NCBI GenBank assembly: GCA_951406725.2
Contig: OX597823.1
Coordinates: 41,478,001 to 41,542,000, forward strand
DNA length: 64,000 nt
Direction of reading: 5' to 3'
Source of the DNA: Octopus vulgaris
Lineage: Eukaryota
Shown piece by piece: positions 43,221-54,988 of this stretch; position 1 is the first letter of the stretch; each line of letters begins with the position of its first letter. The translations under genes and the position numbers were made by a program. The notes under the pieces are model-generated. The model searched no databases, had not been told where the DNA came from, and saw nothing but the letters and a program-made list of their open reading frames with translations.

Positions 43221-43549
43221 AAGGCAAAAGATAGTATCATCTTCTCATAATATCTGGTGCCTCCATTAAAGACTCTTGCATAAAATGTTAAACAGTATAT
43301 GTTTTGTTGTGTCTTGGGAGGGCCATTATACCAATAACAAGCACACACACTGGTTCTATTTCACTTCTTTATTTTTATTAGTCACTTGGTTAACCATTGA
43401 GCAATCGATTGTTGATTAATTCATTTGGTTAATCAAGCAGTTAGTTTTGTCAAAGTCCTTTTGTCACCATTTGCAGCTGCATCAGTATCATGCCCTTTCC
43501 AACTCCTTGTCAGTTTCAGGTCTGTCTGTCTTCTCTAAGCCCTAAATGC

Positions 43550-45065
43550 AGATGACATCCAATGATTAGAGAGGAGCAAAGCTGGTGGGCTCCCCTGGAT
43601 GTGCAATGTCAGTGTACACGAATGACTGAGTGCTTATGTATTGAGAGAAAAGATATAAGAGGAATTAGCTGCAGTGTGCAAGAGAGAAGTTTGTGTTGGT
43701 TGGATCATGTGATGCATATGGACGAGGACAGTTGCATAAAGAAGTTCTGATTACTGAAAGTGGAGAGAAGATGCAGAAGAGGGAAACCTAGGAAGACATC
43801 AGACAAAGTATTGAAGGCTGATCACGAAACGCTGAATCTTACAAAGATGACAAATAACTGAGATACATGTCACAATGCTGTACTCAAAATGACCCACCCA
43901 CCACAACAGAATTAATATTCTAAAACCTCCTTGGTAATACTTGCCTATGAGGGGTTCTTTCCTGTCAATCTTCTCCCCCACCACATTTCATCCCCTAACA
44001 CCCATCACTTCTATCACCTGAGAGCAGAATAGGAACTTACTGCACCAACCTGGCTTTCTCTGTTACCGTTACTCTCCACTCGGTTACTTTCTTCCCCTGC
44101 CTACAGTCTCCATCAATCACCTTCTTTCTATGTCTTCTCTCCTCTCTTTGTGCTGCTCTCCATCATAAACTCTTCACTTTCCTCCTACCACCCTTGATGC
44201 CCTCACATATCTGCTGCAAACCCCAACCCTGAATCTCAGCTATATTTCTCTCCATCATTTGCTACAATCACCTCACCTTGCCCACTCACCCAGCCCAAAC
44301 CATCTATTGTCACCACTCAAAATGTCCCTTGAGGGCATGTCCTGACACATCCCTACCATCTTCTCTCTCACTCACACTCAATTTACCTTATTCCTCAACT
44401 TATCCTCCTTTGCCATCTGGGCTACCCATGTATCTACTCTGCAGCAAGACGTCTATATATGTCTCCACTATACCTTAAATCTGTCAATTGGCACAAGGCC
44501 ACACCGACTCACTCCCTTCTAGTTGAGGAATATTTGCCTTACAAGGTACTTCGTGATTCTGACAGTGCTGGTGCTATGTAAAATGTACTGGTGATGGTAC
44601 CATATAAACAGCATTGATAATTCGTACCATAAAAAAACACTAGTGCTGGAGTCTGGTGATTGGTGTCATGTAAAAAAAAATCTAGGACACCCTGGCATTA
44701 GAAAGGGCATCCAGTTGTAAAAAAAAAACATGCCTAAACAGACTAAGGAACTTGGTTCAGCTCCTGGCCTATTTTTTTTTCTTGTTGTTGTTAAGCAACA
44801 AGACGGGTAAGGGTGATTAGGTGATGGTCTAAGGGTTTAGGGGCAGGAGACCCAAGACCTTGGAAAAAAAAAACTCTGGTCATCTTGTTGTAGTCGAGGG
44901 CTCTTTGTTGACACCTGACACCACTGGGAGGTGACCCTCGAAGTCACTGGAAAAGGAGAGTTCCAGGTCCAAATTCTTGAACGGTAACTCCTGGCCTTGA
45001 CAGCTTCTGTCAAATCATCCAACCCATGCCAGCATGGAAAACAGACATTAACTGATTATGATGAT
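43550..45065 (+). mobile_element. 3' part of an RTE-clade LINE (decayed ORF end plus long 3' UTR ending in the family C tail)
   Basis: RGISCSVQERSLCWLDHVMHMDEDSCIKK...RRGKPRKT resembles the RTE RLRWxGHVxRM...RGRP end. Terminates in gaaagggcatccag...aacccatgccagcatggaaaacagacattaa(ctgattatgatg). Confidence 0.7.
44771..44987 (-). mobile_element. 217-bp retroposed insertion with A-rich tail and 10-bp TSD
   Basis: ctcctggcct at 44761-44770 and 44988-44997. The minus strand ends aacaacaacaagaaaaaaaaat. Confidence 0.7.
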
Positions 45066-45904
45066 TTATGAAGTTGCATGGATGTGAGTGAGAATGTACA
45101 TGAGAAGGGGAGGGAGAGAGAAAAAGAGTGTGTGTGAATGTATGTTCATATGTGTGTGCACGTTATTCTGCTATGTGAGCATATGGCTGTATGTTTGTCT
45201 GGTGTAGTTTGTTCCTTAAGTGCATTGAAGAGAACGTGTGTGTTTGTGTGTGCTCAGCTGCACTTGCATATGTGTCTGGTGTACAATTTGTGGTGGGCGT
45301 GGTTGTTAAAATGCTTATTCTTTGTGTCTTTATCTATTGATCCTGTCTCAGTGCCCACGTTCACATAAATAATGTTGTAAATGAAATAAAAAAAACAGAA
45401 TATATGTTATTCTATATTGTTCTTTTCAAGTTCACTTTCAAAGAGCATAATTCTAATAATAATCTTTCAAAGAGCGAAATGTGTTAATGTCTACCCCATA
45501 TCTGTAGTTGTCTCAGTGATGGTCATTGAAGTTTTGAGTTCATTAGCCTTACAAGACACGAAATGTATTTTGTCCAGTCAGAGCATCTATCCATGCTCCT
45601 AACACATAAGTGGGACTGATATATTTTATCGTGATCTTTTTAAATAGTACATTAGATTATTGTATACTTCATCACTATCGTCATCATTTAATGTCTATCT
45701 TGCATTCTGGCATAGACTGGGCAACAGCTCTGTGTCCATCAAGATGAACATGAGGTTCTGACAACAAAATGTATATGCATACAACTGCCCCCTTCCAAGT
45801 TAACCCTTTCAAGCCCTTCCCACCACACTCTCATCTCCCTATTATTTACCCTTCAATCACTCTGCTAACTACTTCAGTATTCTGTTACTGTAATTACATG
45901 ATGT

Positions 45905-46185
45905 ATCATCATCATCATCATCGTTTAATGTCTGCTTTCCATGCTGGCATGAGTTGGACGGTTTGACTGAGTACTGGCAAACCAGAAGGCTGCACCAGCC
46001 TCCAATCTGATCTGGCAAAGTTTCCACAGCTGGATGCTCTTCCTAATGCTAACCACTCCAAGAGTGTAGTGGGTGCTTTTTACATGCCACCAGCATGGGA
46101 GCCTGCCAGGCGGCACTGGCAACGACCACGCTTGAATGGTGCTTTTTACATGCCATTCAGGTGGCACTGGCATTGGCCACGACAA
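45905..46185 (-). mobile_element. Family C element (RTE 3'-tail-related, (GAT)n-ended); other copies at about 400-600 -, 678-910 -, 16170-16500 +, 16830-17010 +, 32060-32250 +, 35820-36070 +, 59320-59572 +, 62160-62310 +, 63240-63430 -
   Basis: catcatcat..tttaatgtctgctttccatgctggcatg...ggatgc.cttcctaatgc.aaccactcc...gtgggtgctttt. Confidence 0.8.
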
Positions 46186-46988
46186 TGATTATATATGGGA
46201 TGTATATGATGTATGTATATGTGAAATTAGATGAGCTTAAATATAAATCTAGTGCAGACACTGACTTGAGGAAAAAGAAAGTATTGCACAGAACAAATAA
46301 AATACAAAAGCACTTCTTAAAACAAGTCTATTTATGAATGTGGTGTTGGTGTTGGAGTTAGGATGAAAATATAATTGATAACAAGATGCAAGCAAATTAT
46401 GTGTGTGTGTGTGTGTAAAGGGAGATAGAGAAAGAAAGAAATAGATAGATATAGATTGTATCTATACCTATGTTTCAGAATCTACATAATTGTGTGTATA
46501 TCTGTATCTTATATATATGTCCAAGCTGTGAGTGTATACTTGTGTGTACCTGTGCATTTGTTTTCTGTAATTAACTAATAACTCATGGCAATATCAAGGA
46601 ATCAGCCAATTCCTTACACATTTTGAAATCCCCAGTAGAACGCAACAGGTGTGTTCCAAATATAGATTATGAGAATTAATGAAGTATTTCCAAAATAAAA
46701 TTTATATGCAGAAACAGAGAGAGAGAGAGAGAAAGTAGATATGTGTGAATTATATGTTTCCATTTTAACAAGTGCTGAACTGTTTATAGACATATAAATA
46801 TGTTTTCTCTTTATTTCACACACACATTGTTTCCTGTCTATCAATGCTACCTTTCAATTTAATATTACATTTATATTTCCAGTATTCTCTGCTATTCCAC
46901 CTTTAACGGCTTATAGCGGAACAAGTGACATGATGACTGATGATGTTCTTTAAATATGTAAATAGTGTTGATAATTAAATTAGTAATC

Positions 46989-49262
46989 AAGGCAGTGAGC
47001 TGGCAGAATCATAATTAGCAAGCCAAGCAAAATACTTAGCGTCGTTTCTTCTGTTTCTGCATTTTGAGTTCAGATTCCGCTGAGGTCAACGTTGCCATTC
47101 ATCCTCTCGGGATCGATAAAATAAGCACTAGTTGAGTCTTGAGGTCGATGCAAGTTGACTTACCCACTCCCCCGAAATTGCTGGCCTTGTTCCAAAGTTT
47201 GAAACCAATAATTAAATTAATACTTATTTCAGACGTGACTATGTGGATGCAGTTATGATGGTGTGGTTAAAAAGCTTGCTATGCAACCACAGGGTTTTGT
47301 GTTCAGTTCCACAGTGTGACAACTTGGACAAGTGTTTTCTTCTACAGCTTCAGGCTGGCCAATGCCTTCTGAATGAATTTTGTTTACAGGAAATTTGTGG
47401 AAACAAGTATAAGAGTAAAAGAGTAAGAAAATACCAGTAATGATGACTTTCTGCATTTGCTATAACATAAGAGATGCCAAGTTAACTTCCAGCCTATTAT
47501 TGAGGACATTTTCTTAATAAACTAAATGTACCAATTGCAATTAGCATTCTAATTTGTTTCATTACTTCCTGCAGCCTATGATACCATGCTATTCGCTCTT
47601 TTCAGCTATCTAATATTTCCTGATTATTCTGATTGATTTGTCCCTTCCACCAAAATTGCTGCCTTTGTGGACAAAATTTGAAACCATTATTATTATAATT
47701 ATTATTAATTTGGTAGCGGGTTGGAAGAATTGTTAGCAGGCAAGGTAAAATGCTTAGCGGCATTCCATCTGTCTTCGTGTTCTGAGTTCCAATAATGCTA
47801 GGGTCGACTTTACCTTTCATCCTTTTTGGAGTAAATAAAGTAAGTACCGAAATTTCAGGCCTTGTGCTTTTATTAGAAAGAATTATCATTATTATTATTA
47901 TTGGTATAGGGTGGTAAACTGGCAGAATCATTGGCATGTCCGGCAAAATGCTTAGCAGTATTTTGTCCATCTTTACATTCTGAGTTCAAATACCACTGAG
48001 GTTGACTTTGCCTTTCATCTTTCGAGGTCAATAATATAAATACTAGTTGAACACTGGGGTTGATGTAATCAAGTTAGCCTCTTCCTTGAAATTGCTGATC
48101 TTGTGACAAAATTTCAAGTCATTATTACTGTTATTGTTATTGTGGTTGTTGTTGTTGTTGTTACTATATCTGAAATATAGTTGCTGGAAGTGTTACTAAT
48201 GTACCTGCTGTTCACTTCCCATGAATTAAGGAGATTTTTTTAAAACTTTCTTTTTAAAGTCTGGAGGACTTTGTGGAGACTCCTTGCACTGCCAAATAAT
48301 GTTGTTTTCTGGATCTGCTCTACGTTCATTTTTATACCTATCTTTTCTAACACTTTTCACTTCTTTGTTCACTGTACGTGGTGTCCCAACAACAACTACT
48401 ACTACTACTACTAATACTACTACTACTGGCTGCTTAGTGGCATTTCATTTGTCTGAGTTCAAATGCTGCCACAGGTCGACTTTGCTCGGTTGTTTAAGGA
48501 TGATTAATGAAACACCCATTGTTTTTAAGGTTGAATTATTCAAACCACAGAGAATTCCTCTCAAACCATAGCTATGATGCTTCCCCATTACTTCTGTTTG
48601 TGGTCAGAGATGCATGTATCATCAGTACTAAGGGACATGCTCAACTGGTTAAGACAAACAACTGACAAATCTGCAGTACTGAGCAGAATATTTGCTATAG
48701 CCCATCCCTTACATTCAGACAAAACACGTACATGATAACATTTCCAACCAGTTATGGTCAGAAACCATGAGAGCCACTGCTTAGTATTGCACCAGTGCTT
48801 AATACTATTAATATTATTATCAACATCATCATGGCCTAGTGGTTAGGGTGAATTATCATGACCTAGTGGTTAGGATCTCATGATCATGAGTTCAATTTCT
48901 ATACTGGGTGGTGTGTTATATTCTTGAGCAAAATACTTTACTTCACATTACTCTGTGATCTTTTTGACAATGTCGACTTGATGGAGTGAGCTAATGTATG
49001 GCACATGCATTTAATCATTATAAACAAATCATTTCTGCAGGTCGTTTGCCAAAAGTTGAATGCTCATACATTGTCTTTGATGGGAGAGTCTATCATTATC
49101 ATGGCAGGCAGCTGGCAGAATCATTACTTCCAATCGTATGTTCGAATTTCAAGTGCTACTGGGGCTGACTTTGCCTTTCATCCCTTTAGGGTCAATAAAG
49201 TAATTAGCAATTGTGCACCAAAATTGTTGGCCACATGTTAAAATTTGAAACCATTATTATTA

Positions 49263-49314
<52 letters not shown>

Positions 49315-50150
49315 CATTATTGAGTGAGAGAGCAGTGCTTGCCATCAAAATGACGCTGGTGTACAAATATATGAAGCCCAATATACTCATCATGACTGCC
49401 TGTCTGATAAGGGTAGACTAGGCACATGCAGCACAATGATATGTGCATGACATGGTGACCTCATATCAAAATAAGCAGTGCATGATCTTGCAAGTGGGGC
49501 CCAGTTAGAATTTTCTTCAGGTTCAGTAGCCCATTCTGCTCAAAAGGTGTCTGGATGTTGACTGAAAAAAACAACCTGGTTACCAGAGGTGAATTATTCA
49601 AACTCCAAAGAATTCCCTTCAATGCATGGCTATAATTCTCCCTCACTACTTCTGCTTGTGATCAGAGATGCACATACCATCAGACATTAAGGGACATGCT
49701 CAACTGGTTCAGGTCAAATGATCAACAAGCAAATCTGTGGTATTGAGCAGAACATTTGTTGTAGCCCATCTTTTACACCAAGACAAAACATGTACATGAT
49801 AACACTTCCAGTCAGTTAAGATGAAAAGCCATGAGAGTCAGTGACCAATATTGCACCAGGAAAGTTATTATTATTAAGGTGGTGGACTAGCAGAATCGTT
49901 AGCACATCTGACAAAATGCTTATTGGTATTTCACCCGTTGTTACAATCTGAGTTCAAATTCTGCTGAGGTTGACTTTGCCTTTCATCCTTTTGGGATCAA
50001 TAAATTAAGTACCAGTTACGTACAGGAGTCGATCTAATTGACTGACCCCTCCTCCTAAATTTCAGGCCTCTGGCCTATAGTAGAAAGGATTATTATTATC
50101 ATCATCATCATCATTATTATTATTAGTAGTAGTAGTAGTAGTAGTAGTAT
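46989..50150 (+). mobile_element. Cluster of about 6 SINE family B copies, two family D elements and another tRNA-SINE (about 48830-49090) within (ATT)n tracts
   Basis: B copies at about 46989-47210, 47710-47885, 47908-48120, 48430-48485, 49102-49255 and 49876-50095. Confidence 0.75.
49322..49860. mobile_element. Family D element, second near-full copy
   Basis: gagtgagagagcagtgc...ttgcaccagg, preceded by a long (ATT)n and followed by ttattattatt. Confidence 0.8.
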
Positions 50151-51261
50151 ACATTTTGTTTTGAAGTTGGGAAAGGAAAAGAATTACTTTTTCTTTCAAA
50201 TCTAAGAAATTTTAATTGAATGATTTTTCATGTGGATATTTTCACTTCAAAGGAATATAAATTTTTCTGGCATATTTATCTCAGTATCTCAATATCAGCA
50301 TTTTTTTTCCCATACGAAAATCTTGTTTCCAATTAAAACTAGGATTAAACTTATTACTCACCTCATTCTCATGATTTTTCTCCTTATAAATTCTTATGTG
50401 ACTTGGTTAATTAGGAAACATTTGTTTCAGTTTTAATGAATATTCACAACATTAAAATCTGCTTTGGTTTAATGACCTGGCATTGTTGACCCTTAAAGCT
50501 CCCTGTTTCCTCTCATTCAATTTCTTAGAAATTACCTATGCCATGCTGGTACCACTTAGAAGAGATCTGAATCAGATATTTGGTATTCAAATACCAAGGG
50601 GTATTTGAATATATATTATCAAAACTTATAATGCATGTTGAATTTGCTGATTATAACATTTAGCTTAGTAATCTCCTTCCCGAGTTGACTTATGTCAGGG
50701 AGTTCAAGCTGAGTGCCTGATCTTGGACAGCTAGCAGCACTTTCCTATATATTCGCATGTCTCTATCATGCATCCAATTCTATCATTAATAAATCATAAA
50801 AGCACTTTTGTATAAGAACATACTTACATTCTATTTAATTTCTTCATTTTCTTATTCAATTCTTTCTTCTTTTTTTATTCTATAAGCTGTGTTAACCCTG
50901 TATCATTATATTCATCCAAGATGTTGGGGGGTTAAGTGGTAACAGGTGTAAGCAGTAACTATCTAATCCAGTGATTGATGTAACATATAAGAGCAAAACT
51001 AAATTTTCTTTGTACAGGATATCAGATTCTTTACATTTGCAACACAGTCCTTTATATTTATCAAACACATTTTTGTTTTTAAATTTATAATTTCCATATT
51101 GTATGTTGCATTATATCAAGAGCAAAGATTGCTGTAAACTGCCATAATCTTCCTAGAAGATCAATATTAATATACACTTTTAGACTGTGGTTTTGATAAT
51201 GAAAGCGACAATAGTCATGCAAATTAGCTTGTCCAAATTGCATTACCATTTATATCTCATA

Positions 51262-51730
51262 GGTACAGGCATGGCTGTGTGGTTAAGAAGTTTGCTTCCC
51301 AACCATGTAGTTTCAGGTTCAATCACACCACATGACACCTTGAGTGTCTCCAATATAGCTATGGACTGACCAAAGACTTGTAGGTGGATTTGAGAGACAG
51401 AAACTAAAAGAAGTCCATCATTATGTTTGTGTGTGTGTCTGTGTGTGTGTGCGTGTGTCTGTGTATATGTGTACATGTTTTTGTGTGTATGTGTGTGTAC
51501 TCTTGTCTTCATACTATGTAGTGATTGTAAATGAAATCATCATCATCATATCAGCAGTGTTGTTTGCTTTTAGTCCTCCATGGAAATATTTGGCTGAGAG
51601 AAATGTAACCTTAAATGGATTCAGGTGGGCATTGGTGACAGGAAGGGCATCTGGCTGTAGAAAATCTTCCTCAATATATTTTGTCTGACCCTTACAAGCA
51701 GGGAAATGTCTGTAATAAATGATGATGAAG
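51262..51730 (+). mobile_element. Chimeric SINE: family A tRNA head with an RTE-type ggaagggcatc...(GAT)n tail (related tails at about 3450-3655 -, 7240-7455 -, 28290-28510 +, 30720-31020 +, 32590-32820 -, 58490-58790 +)
   Basis: Same head as family A, followed by ttggtgacaggaagggcatctggctgtagaaaatc...taaatgatgatg. Confidence 0.65.
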
Positions 51731-51749
51731 ATGATCTGACCTTACCTTT

Positions 51750-52140
51750 GGAGTGGCTGTGTGATAAGTAGCATGCTTACCAACCACATGGTTCTGGGTT
51801 CAATCCCACTGTGTGGCACCTTAGGCAACTGTTTTCTACTATAGCCTCAGGCTGATCAAAGCCTTGTGAGTGGATTTAGTAGATGGAAACTGAAAGAAAC
51901 CTGTCATATATATGTATATATATATATATGTATGCGTGTGTATATGTTTGTGTGTCTGTGTTTGTCCCCCAACATTGCTTGACAACCGATGCTGGTGTGT
52001 TTACGTACCCGTAACTTAGTGGTTCAGCAAAAGTATAAGTACTAGGCTTACAAAGAATAAGTCCTGGGGTCGATTTCTTCAACTAAAGGCGGTGCTCCAG
52101 CATGGCCACAGTCAAATGACTGAAACAAGTAAAAGAGTAA
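51750..52140 (+). mobile_element. SINE family A, near full length
   Basis: ggagtggctgtgtg head to ggcggtgctccagcatggccacagtcaaatgactgaaacaagtaaaagag tail. Confidence 0.85.
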
Positions 52141-52204
52141 AATAGTAATGAGTACTAGTATATCGTCATCATCATTGTCATTTATGTATTCCTATAGATG
52201 TGGA

Positions 52205-52620
52205 TTGATGTTGATAGCTCCATAAAGAAGTGCCAAATCACTCAAAGTGGCTGAAACCTGTGGAAGAGGGAGACCCAGGAGTATATGGGATGAAGTACTG
52301 AAAGATGACCTTAGTACACTAAACCTTATAGAGGAGATGACAAAGGACTGAGAGTTCTGCCAACCTGGTGTACTCAAGAAGACCCATTCTCCACAGCTTA
52401 AGTGTTAATGCCACTCCCCCTGCTGAAGAGGATTGACCAGCAAGAGCCCTTTCCTGTTGTTACACAAAAGCGCTCAGCATACTGTAAAGTGGTCAGCATA
52501 GGGAAGAGCATCCAGCCAGAGGAACCAAGTCAAATCAGACTGGAATATGGTGCAGCTCTCCTGCTTGCCAGTTACAGTTGAACTGTTCAACCCTTGCCAA
52601 CATGGAAAACAAACGTTAAA
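52205..52620 (+). mobile_element. RTE LINE 3' end, same family (another at about 29940-30710 on the - strand)
   Basis: GRGRPRSIWDEVLKDDL motif, then ggaagagcatccagcc...catggaaaacaaacgttaa. Confidence 0.7.
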
Positions 52621-52684
52621 GGAGGAGGAGGAGGAGGAGGAGAGGATGATGATGACGATGATGATGACGATGATGATGACGATG

Positions 52685-52731
<47 letters not shown>

Positions 52732-53598
52732 GGGGTTATGGATTAGCACATTAGACAGAATGCCTTGCATTATTACTTCCAGCTCTTTACATTTTGATCT
52801 CAATTCCCATTAAGGGCCAACTTTGTTTTTTTATTTTTCTGGGTTGATAAAATAATATATCAGCCAAGTAGGAGGGGCAATAGTATTGACTACTTTACAT
52901 CATCTCAAAACTACTGGCCTTGCGCCCAGCCTGGCAAAATCATTAGCACACTGGTCAAAATGCTTAACAGCATGTCACCTGTCAGAGTTAAAATGTTGCC
53001 ATGGTAACCTTTGTCTTTTATTTGTCTGGGGTTAATAAAATAAGTATCAGTTGAACACTGGGAACAATGTAATCAAATAGCGCCTCCCACAAATTTTAGG
53101 CTTTTTGCCTATATTACAAAGAATTATTGTTATTGAGTGAGAGAGCAGTACATGCCATCAAAATGGCACAGAAGTACAAATGTACAAAGCCCACTATACC
53201 CATCATGACTACCTGTCCGATAAGGGTACACCAGGCACATGCATCACAACCATATGTGCATGATATGATGACCTCATATCAAGATAAACAGCACATGACC
53301 TTGCAGGTGGGGGTCCAGGTAGAAATTTCTTCAGGTCAAGTAGCCCATCTTGCTCAAAAGGTCCCTGAATAAGAGTTGTTTAAGGATGTTAAATGAAACA
53401 CTCATGTTTCCAGAGAAATGCCAAAGCTGACTTCATGTTGTGAGTTCAAATTCCTCCAGGGCCTACTTTGCCTTTCATTCTTTCAGGGTTGATAAAATAA
53501 GTACCACTTACGTACTGAGGTCAATGTAATCGACTAGCCCCAACCCCAAAATTTCAGGCCTTTTGCCTATAGTAGAAAGGATTATAATTATTATTATA

Positions 53599-53631
<33 letters not shown>

Positions 53632-53891
53632 GTTGTTGTTGTTGTTGTTATTATTATCATTATTATTATTGTTATTGCAATGAGCTGGCAGAATCGTTAG
53701 CATGCTGGGTGAAATGCTTTGTGGTATTTCATCTGCCACTATGTTCTGAGTTCAAATTCTGCCAAGGTTGACTTTGCCTTTCATCGTTTCGGGGTCGATA
53801 ACTCAAGTACTGGGGGTGATGTGATCAACTGACCCCCTCCCTACAAAATCCTGGCCTTGTGCCTACAGTAGAAAGGATTATTATCATTATT

Positions 53892-54455
53892 GCCTTTGCA
53901 CAGCTTCTAACGCTGGAGGTGTACTGTGGTGTCAGCTGTTCACTACCAGTGAACTAAGGTAACACCTCTTATTTTCAAGCACCTTCTGGAGTATTTGGGC
54001 AGTTCCAAGTAGTTCTGTTTTCTGTAAGTGTTTCACCCTTATTGCACACCCTATTTGTTCTACATACTTCTTGAGATTTTTGCTCACTGTTCCCAGGGCT
54101 CCAACAATTATTGGTACTACTGCTACCCTTTTCATCGACCACAACTGCTTAACTTCCCAAGCTAACCTGTCATATCTCTTGACTTTTCTCTCTTCCTTAT
54201 CACATAGCTGGGCATGCTATATCTATGATCCAGCATAGTTTGTTTTCTTTCTCAATTAAGACTATGTCTAGCTTCCTATTCTCTATCTCATGGTTGCACT
54301 GAATCATAAAATCCCATAGGACCTTTGTATTTTTATTTTCAACAATGTCTTCAAGTTTGTGGTCGTACCAATATTTTGCTCTGTCAAGTCCATACTTGTT
54401 GCAAATTGTCCAATAGACAAGCCTGGCTATATTGTTGTGGTATCTCTTATATTCC

Positions 54456-54457
<2 letters not shown>
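53892..54457 (-). mobile_element. 5'-truncated R4/Dong-type non-LTR retrotransposon: C-terminal restriction-like endonuclease region plus 3' UTR
   Basis: Translations KEYKRYHNNIARLVYW...LWDFMIQCNHEIENRKLDIV...IIDIACP and VVPIIVGALG...LQKTELLGTAQIL match the RHN / PD..D / GALG motifs of R4-clade RLE domains. Both ends abut (TAA)n. Confidence 0.8.
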
Positions 54458-54516
<59 letters not shown>

Positions 54517-54526
54517 CATCATCATT

Positions 54527-54573
<47 letters not shown>

Positions 54574-54791
54574 TATTGCAATGAGCTGGCAGAATCGTTA
54601 GCACCCTGCACAAATTGCTTAGTTCCATTTTGTCTGTCTTTGTGTTCTGAGTTCAAATTCTGCTAAGGTTAGTTTTGCCTTTCGTCCTTTCAGGGTCAGT
54701 AAAATAAGTCCCAGTTAAGCACTGGGGGGTCGATGTAGTTGACTTAATCCTCCTCCTCCAAAATTTCAGGTTATGTGCCTATAGTAGAAAG

Positions 54792-54795
54792 ATTG

Positions 54796-54863
<68 letters not shown>

Positions 54864-54879
54864 GTTGTTATTGTTGTTG

Positions 54880-54973
<94 letters not shown>

Positions 54974-54988
54974 CAAAAAATTATTATT
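54792..54988. repeat. (ATT/GTT)n microsatellite (SINE B tail expansion); (ATT)n(ATC)n also at 54457-54577
   Basis: Visible directly. Confidence 0.95.
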
